A stretch of 64,000 nucleotides of DNA from the human T2T-CHM13v2.0 reference genome, Homo sapiens, in NCBI RefSeq assembly GCF_009914755.1, contig NC_060944.1. One strand, 5' to 3'. The notes under the pieces were generated by a model. That model was given only the letters and a program-made list of their open reading frames with translations. It was not told where the DNA came from and did not search any database. A program made the translations under genes and the position numbers. Positions 13,611 through 29,292 of this stretch are shown piece by piece. The first letter of the stretch is position 1. Each line of letters starts with the position of its first letter.

Positions 13611-15284
13611 GGCTTTCAATGCAGTAAAATAACGGGATTCCCTCACTGTTTCCTCCTGTTTATCCAGCGCCATGGAAACCACTGGATCCCGTCCATCTCC
13701 AAAACTAAGGGCTTTCCTGCAAACTTCACACTCAGGAATCCATGACGTCGCCTCCTCCGCGGCCAGCCAGCTCCGTGGCTCCTTCGGCCGCCAGCACAAG
13801 TCCCTGATTGTTCGGGAGAAAAGTCTGGGAGAGGGAGCGAAGCGGGCGACGGCGAGAAGAAGGGGGTGGGGGCGTGCGAGTGTCCAAGTCAGCCCTGCAG
13901 GAGCTCCAGGCGGCTGTTTGCAAGGAGTGCCCAGCCACCGCCTTCCCTGGCCCGTGGCAGCTTTTCATAAATCAAGCCCGAGACTCCCAAGCCCCCCATT
14001 TGCCAAGCGGGCGCCTCTTGGAGAAAGCTGCCCAGGGTTCAAATCAACACCCCAGGTTGTCCAAGCTCCTGGACGTTTGCCCAGGGGCCCTTCCCAGTCC
14101 CTCACGGCCTCTGGCTGCCCAGATTTTTGTGTGTTCAAGGATGGTGGGGAGGAGGAAGAGGAGAAGGAGGAGGAAGGAAAAGAAATAAATAACGGTGCCT
14201 TGTGTCAACTCTCCAACTTCGAGAATTTTTTTTCAAAGAGTTTATTTTTAGATTCATTTAGAAAATCCAAGGTTTCCAGTGATGCTCAGAGGCTCCAGAA
14301 ATAATGAAATGGCCAAAGAGAAGCTGAAACCAGGCAACCCATGTGTTTACACATGCTCTGAATAAACAGGAAAATAAAGAGAAAGGATATCATGAACTTT
14401 GCACAGTGTCCAGAAGAAAGTCCTTGCGATGCCACGCATGGTTCACAGCAATAGGCCACGAGACCCCCAGAAGGTCCGTGGGGAGGGGGAGAGGGAGAGG
14501 TGCAGCGGTCAAGATGCCTTTTCTGGACTTGGACTAGGTCTGCCTCTTCACCTGCCTGCAGGGTGGGAAATTCTGAGCCCAAAGATAAAGCTGGCTTTGA
14601 AAATGGACTTCAGATACTGTTGTGAGCTCTGATAAAATTGTGGATAGCAACCAAGGCTGGTGACTCATCACATACACACACCCCCTCCCCCCGCACGCTC
14701 TTACAGAGAGACTTGAACTTAAAGAGGCATCGAGAGGCAGCTGGCTCCATCCGTGGGACCACTCTGTTTTCCAGTACTGGCCCACAATAGCCTCACTGGG
14801 CAGCTCGCAGACATAACCACTCCTGCTGGAGATAGATGCTGGCCCACAGAGACCAGCTGGAACTGCGCCTGAGAAAGCCCCACCCCCAGCCCCGCCCAGG
14901 GGACTCTCTTCAAGCCTGCCTCAACCAGGGTGGCCTCCAGCAGGACAGTCTAAGTAATGCTGCTGCCCCAGAGAGCAGCCATTATCTGTCCACCTACTGT
15001 GTGCCAAGGAATTCAAGGTAGGGAAGTCTCACTGACTCTCGAGTAACTCAAAAATCGTGGCGCCACCAAATTTCTTGCAACCACCCTGCAAGGAGGGGAT
15101 CCTCTCTCCCACTTTCCAAAAGGGAAACTGAGGCACATAGAAGGCAGGTGGCTTGCCTGTTGATTTACTTGGCAAATTCTGGGGTGCAGCCTTTAAGGGC
15201 GTAGAGAGGATTCTTTTCAGTGGAGCCTATTGAGGAAGACTCATTCCCTGAGGCCTCCTTCACCAACCATCTGAAGCAAGAACA

Positions 15285-15409
15285 GGGTGACCAACCTTCC
15301 TGGTTTGCCTGGGATTGAGGGGGCTCCTAGAATGTAAGACTTTCAGTTTTAAAGCTGAGAAGGTGGAACCTTCCACCCAAGGTGGAACTTGGGACAGGTT
15401 GGTCATCCC
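15285..15409. mobile_element. MER81/MER94-like hAT-Blackjack miniature element
   Basis: Terminal inverted repeats agggtgaccaacc ... ggttggtcatccc. Confidence 0.65.
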
Positions 15410-15630
15410 AGGCGTGAATGAAACTCAACTTCCTTTTGCCAGTATCCAGACACCAAGGAAGCCTGCTAACCATTGTCTTCTGCAGACAGTTACTACACTT
15501 AGTAACACTATGAATGGCAACCCCTCACCTCAGTACCTACTAGGTGCCAGGCCCTGAGCTAGAGTCATCTATAAATTCCCACTCACAATCCCACTGCAAA
15601 GTAATAGACTAAAGCTGAAAGGGGTTAGCC

Positions 15631-15836
15631 CTGTGCCATCCGATATGGCAGCCACTAGCCACATGTGGCTATTAAAATATTAAATAATTAACAAATAAAA
15701 TGTAGGTGTCAGTTCTTCAGTTGCACAAGCCATATGTCAAGTGCTCAAAAGCCCACATGTGGCTGGTGGCTACCAAACTGGACAGCACAGAACAGAATGT
15801 TTCCATCACCGTAGAATGTCCTCTTGGGCAGTAGTG
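15631..15836 (-). mobile_element. Full-length MER3 (hAT-Charlie) with 8 bp TSD
   Basis: gccactagccacatgtggcta...tcaagtgctcaa...acatgtggctggtggctacc...ggacagcacag. TSD ggttagcc (15623-15630) and ggttagac (15837-15844). Confidence 0.85.
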
Positions 15837-17801
15837 GGTTAGACAACCTGAGAGGCCATTTAGAGCTCAGGCTCTACAGTCAGATGGTTGGCTTTGCCAT
15901 GGCATCACTCACCCCACTCTGTAAAATGGGGACACTAGGAATACCCTCCTTAAAGACTTGCTATAAGGATTCAATGAGTTTCTTTAATTGAAGTGCTAAG
16001 AACAGTAAAGCATATAACAAATCCTAAAAAAAAAAAAAATTTTTTTTGAAGAAAACCTTCCCACAGTCAAGAAATGAGTAGTGATTAAGCCAGGAGTAGG
16101 ATTATTAGACTCGGCATTCATGCCCTTCCTCTCCAGGGCTCCCTACAACTGCCATGTCCAGAGCATCAGACAAGCTTGGCAAGGTCTGTTTCCTTTCACC
16201 CTCCCATTGAGCTTGATGCTGTGAGCCCCATTTACAGATGAGCAAACTGAGGCTCTACAAGTTGATGTGCACACAGCCAGTAAATGGACGGCCCAGAGTT
16301 GAACCCAGCTCTGTTTGGCAACAAAGCCTGTGTTCTTGGCACCATATCCCCTGCCTCCCAGAATCCTCCCTTGGTACCGAGGTTTTAGAGGCCAGAAGCG
16401 AGAAAGGAAACAAGCTTGCTGGGCCCTCCTCTGGCGGACTCATTATCGGGGATAAATTTAGACTCAGTCCCACCCAACTCAGGCCTCTGAGGCGATTCCC
16501 CAACTCCACAGGTGCCCAGAGCTGCTGAGCAGGGGATGTCTTTTGGAACTCGATAGAATCAGCATTAGCCACATTTTTATAGAGCCCACTCTTTGTCACG
16601 GTTAAGCGTTTTTCCCTTTTAAAGCACATTAATACTACAAGGGCTGGAGCCGGGGCAGTTGCAGCTGAGTCACCTAATTTGCCCTTCTGGGCTGCAGCTT
16701 TCGGCTTCTTAGTTTAGCCGTCCTTTGGTTCCTCAGACAATTTCTTTCCTCTCCCAGTGCCAGGGCAAGAAATATTTTGTCCTTTTGAACTGAACCACCC
16801 ACTGTTTTTCACTTCTCTCGAGCACTCTCCCTTTTTTAAGGGATGCTCCAAGGGGGGTGGGTGGGGAGCTTCTGCCCACTAAATTATCCACGAAAACTCC
16901 CAAAAATAGAGGCTCTCAGCTGGGGTGGGAATGCACCAGCAAGTAAGGAAAAAGCAAAAGAGAAACTGAATCAAAGCAAATAGAAGGCGTCCAGGTGGCT
17001 GTAGGGGGAATGGTCCAGGGAGGCTGCAGAGACATCTGGGTTGGAGGAGACCTTGAATCACCGGGGAAGCCTTTTATTAGATTCTCTTCCCTCCATCAGC
17101 CTCATAAATCAGAAACACAGGTATTTCTGCTGAGACACCACTTAAGTGATGCTGCCCCAAACAACTGATTCAACACCAGGGTTATTTAAAAGGACTAGGG
17201 CAGCTTAGGTGAGGGCCCTTCTTTGCATCGCTCAAGTGTTATCTCTGTGCCAATAGGTCCCCTTGACTGTCAACCCCTTCCTGGCTGAAATGTAGATGGC
17301 AGTTGAGAATTGTTCTAGATTTCTACATGTCTCATACATAGAAAGTAGGACCAACGCAGGTGTCCGAAAGGTTTATTGACCTACCTAGAATAACAATGAA
17401 CATTTATAGAGCAATTGCTATATGGTAGGCATTAACTCATTACATCCTGATGACAACTTTATGATGATCATTTTCCAGAGGAGAAAACTGCAGCACAGAG
17501 AGGTTGTGCAGCTTTCCCAAGGTTGCACAGCCAGTAAGTGGCAGAGGTGGGATTGGAACCCCAGCCACCTGGCTCTCGGGTGTTTTCTGAATTGCTCCGA
17601 GAAGCTCCCTATCAAATATCTGTTTGCCAGGCTTATTCCATGGGCATGGCTCAGGCTAAGTGGTGGGGGTGGGGTGAGGACACAATTAGAAGTCATAGTC
17701 CTTGCCTTCTACTTGGTTGACAAGGACACCACAAGGCCGAACGAGCAGTAGTGATCAACAGCAGCAACAGGAACATGGGCTGGAAATGCTGGAGGTATTC
17801 A

Positions 17802-18304
<503 letters not shown>

Positions 18305-19251
18305 AAAATGTTAAATAATTAACAATTAAATAAAATGTAGGTGTCAATTCTTCAGTTGCACAAGCTATATGTCAAGTGCTCAAAAGCACACGTGGCTGGT
18401 GGCTACCAAATTGGACAGCACAGAACAGAACATTTCCATCACCGTGGAAAGTTCTCTTGGGCAGCCCTGGGTTAGACAACTTGAGAGGCCAGTTTCTCAG
18501 AGGGATTGAGAAAACACTTGAGAGCCAGGTGGCTGGGGTTCCAATCTCTGCCACTTACCGGCTGTGCAACCTTGGGAAAGCTGCACAACCTCTCTGTGCT
18601 GCAGTTTCCTCCTCTGTAAAATGACCATCCTAAGATTGTCGGGAGGATTTAATGAGTTAATGCCTACCACATAGCAATTGCTCTATAAATGTTCCTTGTT
18701 ATTCTAGGTAGGTCACTTCTCTTCCTCTTCACAATACCAGCCTTGCCAGGACCCCCATCAACATCTCTCTCCTGGTGACTCTTCGGCCTCTTCGCCTCCT
18801 CTTCTCTCCTGTTCCTTCCCTGAGGTCTATTCTTTCCTGCACAACCAATGTGATATTTTCTCAGCTTTAGACTCTAAAGGGGACATGTGACCATGTCATC
18901 CTCCACTGAATCACAATTACCTTGCGGGTAAAGTTCAAAATCCCATATGTGACCAATGACCTATAAAATCTAACCCACCTTCTCTAGTCTCACCACCACT
19001 TACCTCTTACACCCTTCAACTCCACACCCCTGCCTACTGAAATACTCAGCACCCCACCCCCTGCCAATTCTCCCTGTTATTCCTCACTTCCAGGCTTTCC
19101 GCTAGGCTGTTCTCTCTCTCCTCCCACCCTCAAGCTCCTCTCTGTGCTTGGGTAATTCTAGTGGCCTCCCAGTCTTGCCTTGGATAACATTTCTTAGGGA
19201 GAAGTCTCAGCTTCCTCATCTATAAAATGGAGCTACATCTACTTCTTAGAG

Positions 19252-19606
19252 TGATATGGTTTGGCTGTGTCCCCATCCAAATCTCATCTTGAATTCCCAC
19301 GTGTTGTGGGAGAGACCTGGTGGGAGATAATTGAATCAAGGGGGCAGGTCTTTCCCATGCTGTTCTCATGATAGTGAATAAATCTCACGAGATCTGATGG
19401 TATTATAAGGGGGAGTTTTCCAGCCCAATCTCTCTCTTTGCCTGCTGCCATCCATGTAAGATGTGACTTGCTCCTTCTTGCCTTCCACCATGATTATGAG
19501 GCTTCCCCAGCCACGTGGAACTGTAAGTCCAATTAAACCTCTTTCTTTTGTAAATTGCCCAGTCTTGGGTATGTCTTTATCAGCAGCATGAAAATGGACT
19601 AATACA
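19252..19606 (+). mobile_element. THE1 (THE1A/B-like) MaLR solo LTR
   Basis: tgatatggtttggctgtgtcccc...aaatctcatcttgaatt...gaaaatggactaataca. Confidence 0.92.
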
Positions 19607-19819
19607 GGGAGATATGAGCATCTGAGAGGCCAATGTATCTGATGAAGCACTAAGCACAGTGCCCAGTACACAGTAGGTGCTCAATAATGGTAGCTACAGT
19701 TACTATCATCTTGCCACTACAAACACCTGTCATGCTTTATCACCCAGCTCAACCAAATATACCATTTCAGAAGTGCCCCATCCCTCTTAGAATAAAATTC
19801 AATTCCTCACCAAGGCTGA

Positions 19820-20253
19820 TGTAGCCAGCCTCTAGAGGGTCCTAGTGGCTCCCACCTTGGTGTTCCTGCTCCTGGGCCACGCCCTCCTAAATGGGCAACA
19901 CAAGGCTACTGCAGAAATGAGATGTATGACTTCCAAGTCTAGGTCATAAAAGATGTGTGGCTTCTGCACTGCTGTCTTGGATCACCCACCTTGGGGGAAG
20001 CTGGCTGCCGTGTTGTGAGGACACACAGGCAGCCTTTTGGAGAGGCCCATGTAGTAAGAAACTGAGGCCTCCTGCCCACAGCCCGCATTTCAGTCAACCC
20101 TTCAGATGACTGCAGCCACAGCCAATGGCTTGACTCAGGAAAAACCCTGAACCACCCAACTAATCTGTTCCTGAGCCACAGAAACTATGAGATGATAAAT
20201 ACTTGCTCGTTTAAGCTACAATGTCCAGGGGGAAGCAACAGAAAACGAATGCA
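19820..20253 (+). mobile_element. MLT1F-like MaLR LTR
   Basis: tgacttccaagtctaggtcataaaaga; gagaggcccatgt...aactgaggcctcctgcc; cttcagatgactgcagcc; cacagaaactatgagat. Confidence 0.75.
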
Positions 20254-22722
20254 ACGGCCTCTGAGGTCCGGCCCTACCCACCTATCTGGTCTCCCATCTA
20301 CTCCCCATGAGCCAGACACCTCCTGGCTTTTGTGCTTCCTTCCCTTTGGCCTGGGACCCTTTGTCCCTACATGTCTATGGCTGGCTTCTTCCATCTTCTC
20401 AGCCTCAGTTTAAATGCCATCCTGTGAATGCATTCTTCCATGACCCTCACCTCTGAAATAGGTTCCTCTGCCCTGAAGCTCAACCCCACCCCACAAATCT
20501 CAGTCCCAACGCCCTGTCATATTTCTTTATAGCATTTATCACTTACCACAAATAAATTACATATTCATTTGTGTATTCTATGTCTCCTTTGCCTCCCAAC
20601 TAAAATATCAACTCTACGAAGGCAGGAACTTTGTTTTATTCCCTGCCGTGTCCTCAGCACCTAGAATGATGCCTGGCATACGGTCGGACCTCAAAAATGT
20701 TTGTTGAGTGAATAACACAATATGAAATTGTCTCATCTGTTTGTTTACTTGGTTATGACTCATCTCTCCGCTAGACTAGGAAAATAGGGCCATGTCTGTC
20801 TTACTCGGGACTTGGCATGGTGTCTGGAACGGGTGGTACTCAGTCAATTATCCTATCTAGCATCTGTGACGGACACAGGGACTAACTCATTTGGGTCTCA
20901 CAACAATTCTCTAAGATGAAGGCCACTATTATCCCCATTTTGCAGGAGGGGCGGGACAAACTGAGGCAGAGAGGCCCAAGGTCAGCAAATAGTAAGCGAC
21001 AGAGTGTGAATGTGGAGAGTGGCAGCCTGGCTCCAGAGCCAGACTCCCAGGTCCTGTCTATGTTTGGTGAATGAATGAACGACAGGCACAACCATGATGG
21101 TCTGGCCACCTGCTCAGCCCGCTGGAGAGAACCCTCGCTCCGTCACATGGCCGAGGAGGTGGGTGAGGTGCTCAGCTGGGGTTGGCAGAGGAGAAGGAAC
21201 GGGGCGGTGGCTGGCAGCTGGGGAGGCCTTCCCCATCTCCTAGCGATGGAAAGTTTCACCTCATCCGGAAAGAACTCCCAGTTCCATGGTTGTGGCAGAG
21301 AGTGAGGTGTCTCCCCAGCCGGGTTCGTTTCAAAATACATTGTCTTGCTTTTAATAGCCTCCCTGATCAGCTCTTGGAGGTTCTCATGACTGACTGTTCC
21401 CAAAATAATACCCGGCGCCGCTTTTTCCAACTCAGAAGTGCTGAATCTTGCTACCTCCCAATCAGCCGCTGGCTGCTGCAAAGAACTGTGGTAATCCCAG
21501 GGTCCCCCAAGACAGAATGTAACCCAACAGGGAGGTTTCTGAGGCATTTGGAGAGAACCCCGATGTTCCTCGGCAGCTCACAGGGCTGCTGACAGCAAGT
21601 TTCCGGTGACAGCCTGCCCATCCACAGGGCTCCCTCGCTGCTCCCAGCTGCTGAACTGAGATGTGACAGTGGCCAGCGGCAGCCCTAGGAACGCCCCGGC
21701 CCTCAGAGATGGAGAAGATTTTCCTAGAAGCTGGAGAGCTGACGTGGAGTGAGAGGGAATTGGCTTTTGGCCCTAGAGGCTGCGATCAGCTTGGCTTGTC
21801 TTTCTCCCTCTGTGGGTAGAAGAAGCGGGGCGGTATCTCGTTTGCAGTTTTTTGAGAGTGAACCTTGAAACATCAAGCATCTCTCCTGTGAAAGGAAAGG
21901 ACTGAAGTACCTATAGCTAGACTATTTTTTCTTATATTTTAAAAATCAGACAGGCTATCTTCTTCCTTTGTGTATTCATTCAATAGACATTGTCATGTAC
22001 CTAAAATATTCCAAGCACTTGGGATGCAGCTGCGAGCAAAACAGATGCAGGTGCTGCCCTACAAGGCTTTCAGTCTAGCGGGGAGACTCAGAGGAAACAC
22101 ACAAATATAGACAACACAGTTGAGTGGTGACGTGTGCCAAGAAAAACACATAAAGGAGAGCAGGAAGATATGGAGGGCTGGGGAAAGGAGCCTTTTTTAG
22201 TCAGGGTGGTCTGGAAGACTTCACAGAAGAGGTGACACTGAGGAGAACTGAATGGCTTAAGGGAGCTGGCCATGCAGACAGCTGAGAAAATGCATTGCAA
22301 GCTGCGAGAACAAGACGTGCAAAGGCCCTGAGGCAGTATCCTGTAAAATAGGGAGCCTGCCATCACCAGAAAGAGTCATTTTTTTCATGCATTTGACAAG
22401 TTTTCTGGGCACTGCCATGTGGCCCTGAACTTCATGCTGAAGATACAGACAGAAAACAAGACAGAAATTAATCTCTTCAGGGAGTTCATGCAGTCGGGGC
22501 GAGAGAGGTCAACTGACAGTACAAAACAGTGGGCAAGTGCAAGGATGGAGGAGGCTTGGGAGCCGAGAAATATGTGGGAGGGCACAAAACCTGGTCACGT
22601 TGGGGTGCTGGGGTAGGCCTTCAAGAGCAGTGACATCTAAACAGAGTCAATCCATAATCATAGTCGCTAAAATTTATTGAGTATTCACGTTGCACTTTGT
22701 CCTATTCCAAGTGCTTGACATG

Positions 22723-23086
22723 TGTATTAGTCTGTTTTCATTAGACATACCCAAGACTGGGTAATTTATAAAGGAAAGAGATTTAATTGACCTCACAGTT
22801 TCACATGGCTGGGAGGCCTCAGGAAACTTACAATCATGGCAGAAGGGGAAGCAAACGTGTCCTTCTTCATATGGCAGCAGCAAGGAGAAGTGCTCAGCAA
22901 AAGGGAGAAAAACCCCTTATAAAACCATCAGATCTCGTGAGAACTCACTCACTATCACAAGAACAGCATGAGGGTAACCAATTCCATGATTCAATTACCT
23001 CCCACTGGATCCCTCCCATGACGTGGGGATTATGGAAACTACAATTCAAGGTGAGATTTGGGTGGGGACACAACCAAACCATATCA
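22723..23086 (-). mobile_element. THE1 (THE1C/D-like) MaLR solo LTR with 5 bp TSD
   Basis: tgtattagtctgttttca...gatttgggtggggacacaaccaaaccatatca. TSD acatg at 22718-22722 and 23087-23091. Confidence 0.93.
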
Positions 23087-23609
23087 ACATGTATTAGCTT
23101 GTCTAATCCTCCTAGCCTTTGAAAATTCAAATATTTCCCCTTTTCACAGATGACAAGAGAGGCCAAATGACTTGCCCTAGGCCACATAGTGGAAGAGCTG
23201 GAAATCAAACCTTTAAAGAGGTGGGACATATTCTCCACTTTCCCTTCTCTCCTTCCCGCTAAAATATGGATTTGATGGTAAGAGCTTGAGCAGCCATCAT
23301 GGGCCATGAGGTAGAAACTGTGTTAAGGAAGACAGAGCTGACAGATAGAAGGAGTTCAGGTCCCTAATGACCAGGGAGCCTCCACAGCAACCCTAGATCT
23401 CCACCCACATTCTTCTTGAGAGAGAAATAAATATCTAACTTACTTAAGCCATTGCTGTCTAGGGATCTTTAGTACGACAGCTAAACCTGTGCCCTAACCA
23501 ATATGGATTCTAAGAGTAATGAAGAACCATCGAGTATGGGGACTCTGAGTGACACGAACAGATATGCACTTTAGAAAGATGGCCATAGCTGAAGTTAAGA
23601 GTCAGGCTC

Positions 23610-24061
<452 letters not shown>

Positions 24062-25472
24062 AAGAGTCAGGCTCCAGGGCCAGCTGGTCTGTGTTCAGAT
24101 CCCAGCTCTGCTTCTCCCTAGCTGGGTGGCCTTTGGCAGGTTACTTAACTTCTCTGTGCCTGGGTTTCCTCGTGTACAAAATGAAAGTAATATTACCCAT
24201 TGGAGAGCTGTTGTGAGGATGAAATGAGTTAGCACATGGAATGGTGCTTAAAATAGCACCTGGCAGATATAAGAACCTTAGGCTCTGTGGGTGCCTGGGA
24301 CCACGGCAAGCCCAGAAAGATGTCTAAGGAGCTCCAAGCCTTCATTAGCACTCAGAGGAAACAGGCCATGAGGGAGAACACGTGGATGGAGCAGTGACCC
24401 AGGAATAAAGCCAATGGGCCCTGGGGAGCTGTATCCAGAGTGGGGCATAAGCTGGTAATGGGCCATGTTGCAGAAAGCCACCTCAGCACAGTCCAGCCCA
24501 GGAAGCCGTGCCTGGGAGCCCCACATGGAAACGGGGTGGTTGCTCTGCCAGGAGAAGCGTGCTGCACTTTTCCCCTCCGTGGGCTCCCTGGAAGATAAGA
24601 AACCCCAGCTTCCTGAGGATATGCTCTGAACCCTCCTGCTGGCTCCTCTGGGCTTGTCAAAATATTTCTTTGTGGAGCCATCCCTGTTTTTCCATTAATA
24701 AAAGTATTTTTGGGCTCCCAGCAACAATGAGTGAGTGTTACAAAAGAGGTTGGGCCTTCCAAGGTAAACAGAGCTCATCCCCAACCTCAGCCGGTGGCTC
24801 TGGGCCACTGAGCAGGGGCGTGGTTGTTCTTATTCTGGAGCTCTCTGTGCTCTGAGCCCTGATTTGGCACAGGGAGAGCAGGTTCTAGGATGGGCTGCCC
24901 TATCCACAGCAGAGGGCCCTGCCAGTGCTCTTCAGGGTCCCCCGGGCTTGCATTGCCAGGGCATGCTGCATCCATCTTCCCTCCAGCTGATCAGTCAATC
25001 AGTCAACACACGTCTGTTGAGGTCCTGCTCTGGGCCCAGCAACACACAGAAAAGATACAGTCTTCCACCCTATTGCAGGGCAACAGATGTGGGAGCAGGT
25101 GAACCCACAGGTGCCATGGTAGATATCTCCCTGGAGACAAGCCAGGGCAGAGGGGAGAGAAGCACCTAGTGCAGCAGTGATCACTATGGGCTCTGTGTTC
25201 AAACTGGGATCTACCGCCCACGGGCCATGGGACTGTAGGCAAGTGACTCAACCTTTCAGGGAGCAAGTCTCCTCATCTGCAAAGTGGCAATACTAAGTAA
25301 GTTAATATAAGAAACATGCTTAGAATAAAACCGTACACAATGCAGAAGTGTTCGCTATTAAATCATTGTCAAGAAATCAATATTTGTTGAATGAATGAAT
25401 GAATGAATGAATGCATGAATGAGGAAGTAGGTGGATGGATGGATGAATGGATGGAGTCAATGTGTCAGTAAC

Positions 25473-26005
25473 TGTATTAGTAATCTCTTGCTGCATAATA
25501 CATCAGTCCAAAACTTAGTGTCTTGATGCATTCATAAACATGTATCATCTCTCATTACTTCAATGAGTCAGAAATTCAAGAGCTGCTTAGTTGGGCTCTG
25601 GCTTCTTCATTGTGTTGAAGTCAAGATGTCAGCCAGGGCTGCAGTCATCTGAAGGTTGGACTGGGGCTGAAGAATCCACTTCCTAAATGGCTCCCTTTCA
25701 TGGCTGTCAAGTTAGTGCTGGCTATAGGCAGGAGGCTTCAGTTCCTCCCCATGTGGGCCTCTCCTCAGGACCGCTTGAGTGTGCTAACAACATGGCAGCT
25801 GGCTTCTCCCAGAGTGAGTGACTGAGGAGAAAGGGAAGCAGCAGAACCAGAAGCTGTGACCAGCGGTCAGTTTTACCACATCCTATTCCTTAGACGCAAG
25901 TCATTAAGTCCAGCCCACATTCAAAGGCAAAGGAATTGGCCTTTACCTTTGCCCTTTGAAGAGTGGCGTGTCAAAAAAAACTTACAAGTATAGTTTAATC
26001 ATGAC
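25473..26005 (-). mobile_element. MLT1G/H-like MaLR LTR
   Basis: tgtattagt...aaaacttagtg...gtcaagatgtcagccagggctgcagtcatctgaaggttggactggggctg. Confidence 0.75.
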
Positions 26006-26356
26006 AGTGACCAAATAGATCCCCCAAACAGATCACAAAGGCCTCAAATACTAGCTTCCCCAGACCAAAGGAGTATGCACTGTAGGAATCCATTCATTCA
26101 AAACTTTGGAACAGTCCAAATCAATTTGCAAGGTAGCAGTCAAGTCAATAGTTGGTTAGGTGGGGGAAGGAGGGATCAATTGCAAAAGGCAATGGAGATG
26201 TTCTGTATTTTGACTGGGACGATGGTCAAAACTGATTGAACTGTACCTTTAAAATATGCAATTCATTGTATGTGAACTGTAATTTATTAAAGTTTATTTT
26301 TAAAAATACCAGCTTCCTGACTTTGAGTAAACTATGCCTATAATTTCTTTGGTCTA

Positions 26357-26966
<610 letters not shown>

Positions 26967-27649
26967 TCAATCTTTTTACCCTAAAACTGTAGCAGCCCTC
27001 AGCTCATGTGTGTGCACAGCAACTTCTCCCAGTAGCAGACAGATGTGGGAAGATCCAAGTTCTCCCGGAAGATCCCACGACTTGTCTGCATTTGGGAACT
27101 GTTCGACATTTCCTTAGAAGTGCTTTCTACAGCCCACTTTTTAGTGTCTGGGACCCCTGCCTGAGCTGGTGAATCAAGAACTCGGCCCACAGAGCAGGAG
27201 ACACGGGCAGCACTTTTGGGGGATTGTCTACATTTCATTAATTATGTTTATCTACATACAATTTCTTTTCCTTCTTCCCTTTCTTCCTTCCTTCTTTTTC
27301 TCTTTCCTTCTCCAAAGACACATCGGTCCACCAGGTTGGCTGTGTGGGTCAGATTCTCTCAAAGTGATTCTGTTTCATGGTGTTGACTCAACTTGTAGTC
27401 AGGCTGGCAGTATAAAATTGCATCTCAATCAGCTTTAAGAACAAAACTTAAAAACCAAAATGGGAATTACAAATGAAAGGCCGCAGGGAGGGCAACTGTC
27501 TGCCACTATCCTCTCCCCTTAAAGCTAAAAAGTCAGAGCATGAAACAGCAGGAGAAAGACCGTCTCAGGGTTTCAGTCCCAGAAGACCCTAAACCCAGAC
27601 TGGGGAGGAGGGGCCTGGGGGTGAGCCTGCTAGGGGCATCCACCCTGCA

Positions 27650-29290
27650 GGAAGGCCCCTGTCCATAGTCATTGTCTTTGCCCCACCCCTTCCCCTTCTT
27701 CTGGAAATAGTGCCCCAATTTTTACTTTGAGGTCAGACCTTTCTGACTCTCAGCTTGTGCAGTTGGAGAGGGGCTGACTCTCTCAGCGCTTGGGATGGGC
27801 ACGTGACCCAAGTCCTCCTCATCAGCATCAGGGTGATGGTCTCGGGTCAATGAGAATCCACCCCAGGACTGTAGTTTGAACTGCCAGGAAAGCAAATGTC
27901 TCTCACACAGACGTTCTCTCTATTTCCTGCTGAGATGTGAGGATGAAGATCTGCAACTGCTCTCCACCAGCTTGGTGCACTGCACTCTATACCGCAAGAT
28001 GTCACAGGAGAAGACGGAGCCAGGAGATGGAAAGAGATTGGTTGCTGCTGACGACATTTGAGCCCCTAAATCCAGCCATCCCTGAAGCTAGAGGAAACTC
28101 CATATAGCTTCTCACATATATAAAAACATTTCTTCCTCACTTAAGCCATTTTGAATTGGATATTCTGTCACTTGCAACATCTCCTATTTCATCCACAGGA
28201 GTTTGAGATCTGGAGACCTGGAGAACCGGAGCCCCAGCTGCTGGTTGCTGGCAGTAGCCATTTTACTGCCATGAAGAAAGCCAGACTGAGGGCAAGGCCA
28301 ACGCAGAGGGGAGCAAACCAAAGGAAATGCAGAGAAATAGATCCAGAGCCTTGATCATGCAATTCCTGAAGCCCACTTTCCCCCTAAAGTTCCCGAGAGT
28401 GAGGAGATACAGTTCCCTAAGGTTAAAGCCAGTTCGAGTCAGGTTTTGCATTACTTGTGGCCAAAAGAGTCTCAAGTGACACATTCGGTCTTCTTCCATG
28501 TAACACAGAGATAATCACACTTACCTCAAATAGTGGCTCTGAGGAATAGAGACCAGATGTGCAAATGCTCCTGCCCAGAGCCTAACAGACAGAGCAGGGG
28601 CTCCACAGATGCGTTCCCACTGCTTCTCTGACTTATTTTCTCCCCATTCCTCGCTGCTGGTCCCGTGCAGCGCAGGCTGAGGGCCATGTCATTGCTGATT
28701 CAGGCCGGGTAGGACAAGGCCTCAAGGTACAGTGGTCACTGGTCCCACAGATGGAATCAAGTGCGACACCTCCTTTCTGCAAAGACAGGGGGCAGTCCAG
28801 GGGCAACCAGAGCTGGGGCTTCACCCAGTCCTCCCAGTAATGCATGTCAGTTGACTCCCCTTCTGGTAACACAGTGCCCCCATTTCTCTCTGGCAGTCCA
28901 CTCCTTCCTATCTCTGTACTCTTGGAGGGGGCTTCATCCCCAGTTTAAAGTTGAGTCATGTGACGAAGGTGTAAGCCTATCAGCCTGTCACATTTCCCCT
29001 GACCACTGGTGATTGGTTCAGGGAATAGCATGTGACCCAGGCAGTGCCAGCGTTACCCAGGAGTCTCTGCTGGGCTCTAGATAGCAGCTCAGTCTTTCCT
29101 GCTGGAAATGCAAGGGGAAGAAGAATGTGGCTGTCATGGAAGCAGGAGAGGACAGGTAAGGGAGAGTCAGTACAGCAGAGGTGAAACCAAACCCTATCCA
29201 CGTTGTCTGAACTCCTGAATCCAACCAAGCCTGGGGTCCACCCTGGAACTTTTCAATAAGAAATTCTTTTTCATTACTTCGACCAGTTGG
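27650..29290 (+). mobile_element. Cluster of old MLT1J/K-like MaLR LTR fragments
   Basis: Repeated motifs cacgtgacccaag, atccagccatccctgaagcta, ttaagccattttgaattggatattctgtcacttgcaac and gcatgtgacccagg. Similar fragments lie at ~31300-31800, 32480-32890 and 39170-39650. Confidence 0.6.
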
Positions 29291-29292
29291 TG

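Larger units (their letters stand above)
12990..13950. promoter_or_regulatory. NFATC2: CpG island / distal promoter of NFATC2
   Basis: High GC and dense CpG (e.g. ggccggggcgcgggcgccc, ctcggcggagtcggcgcggctccgcg) against a CpG-depleted background. It spans the first exon. Boundaries are approximate. Confidence 0.88.

Noticed and set aside
13012-14304. Long ORFs over the CpG island (199, 214 and 210 aa)
   Set aside because: Expected from stop-codon scarcity in GC-rich DNA. They are low-complexity R/P/G/A sequences with no recognisable domain. The real exon is in another frame and ends at a splice donor.
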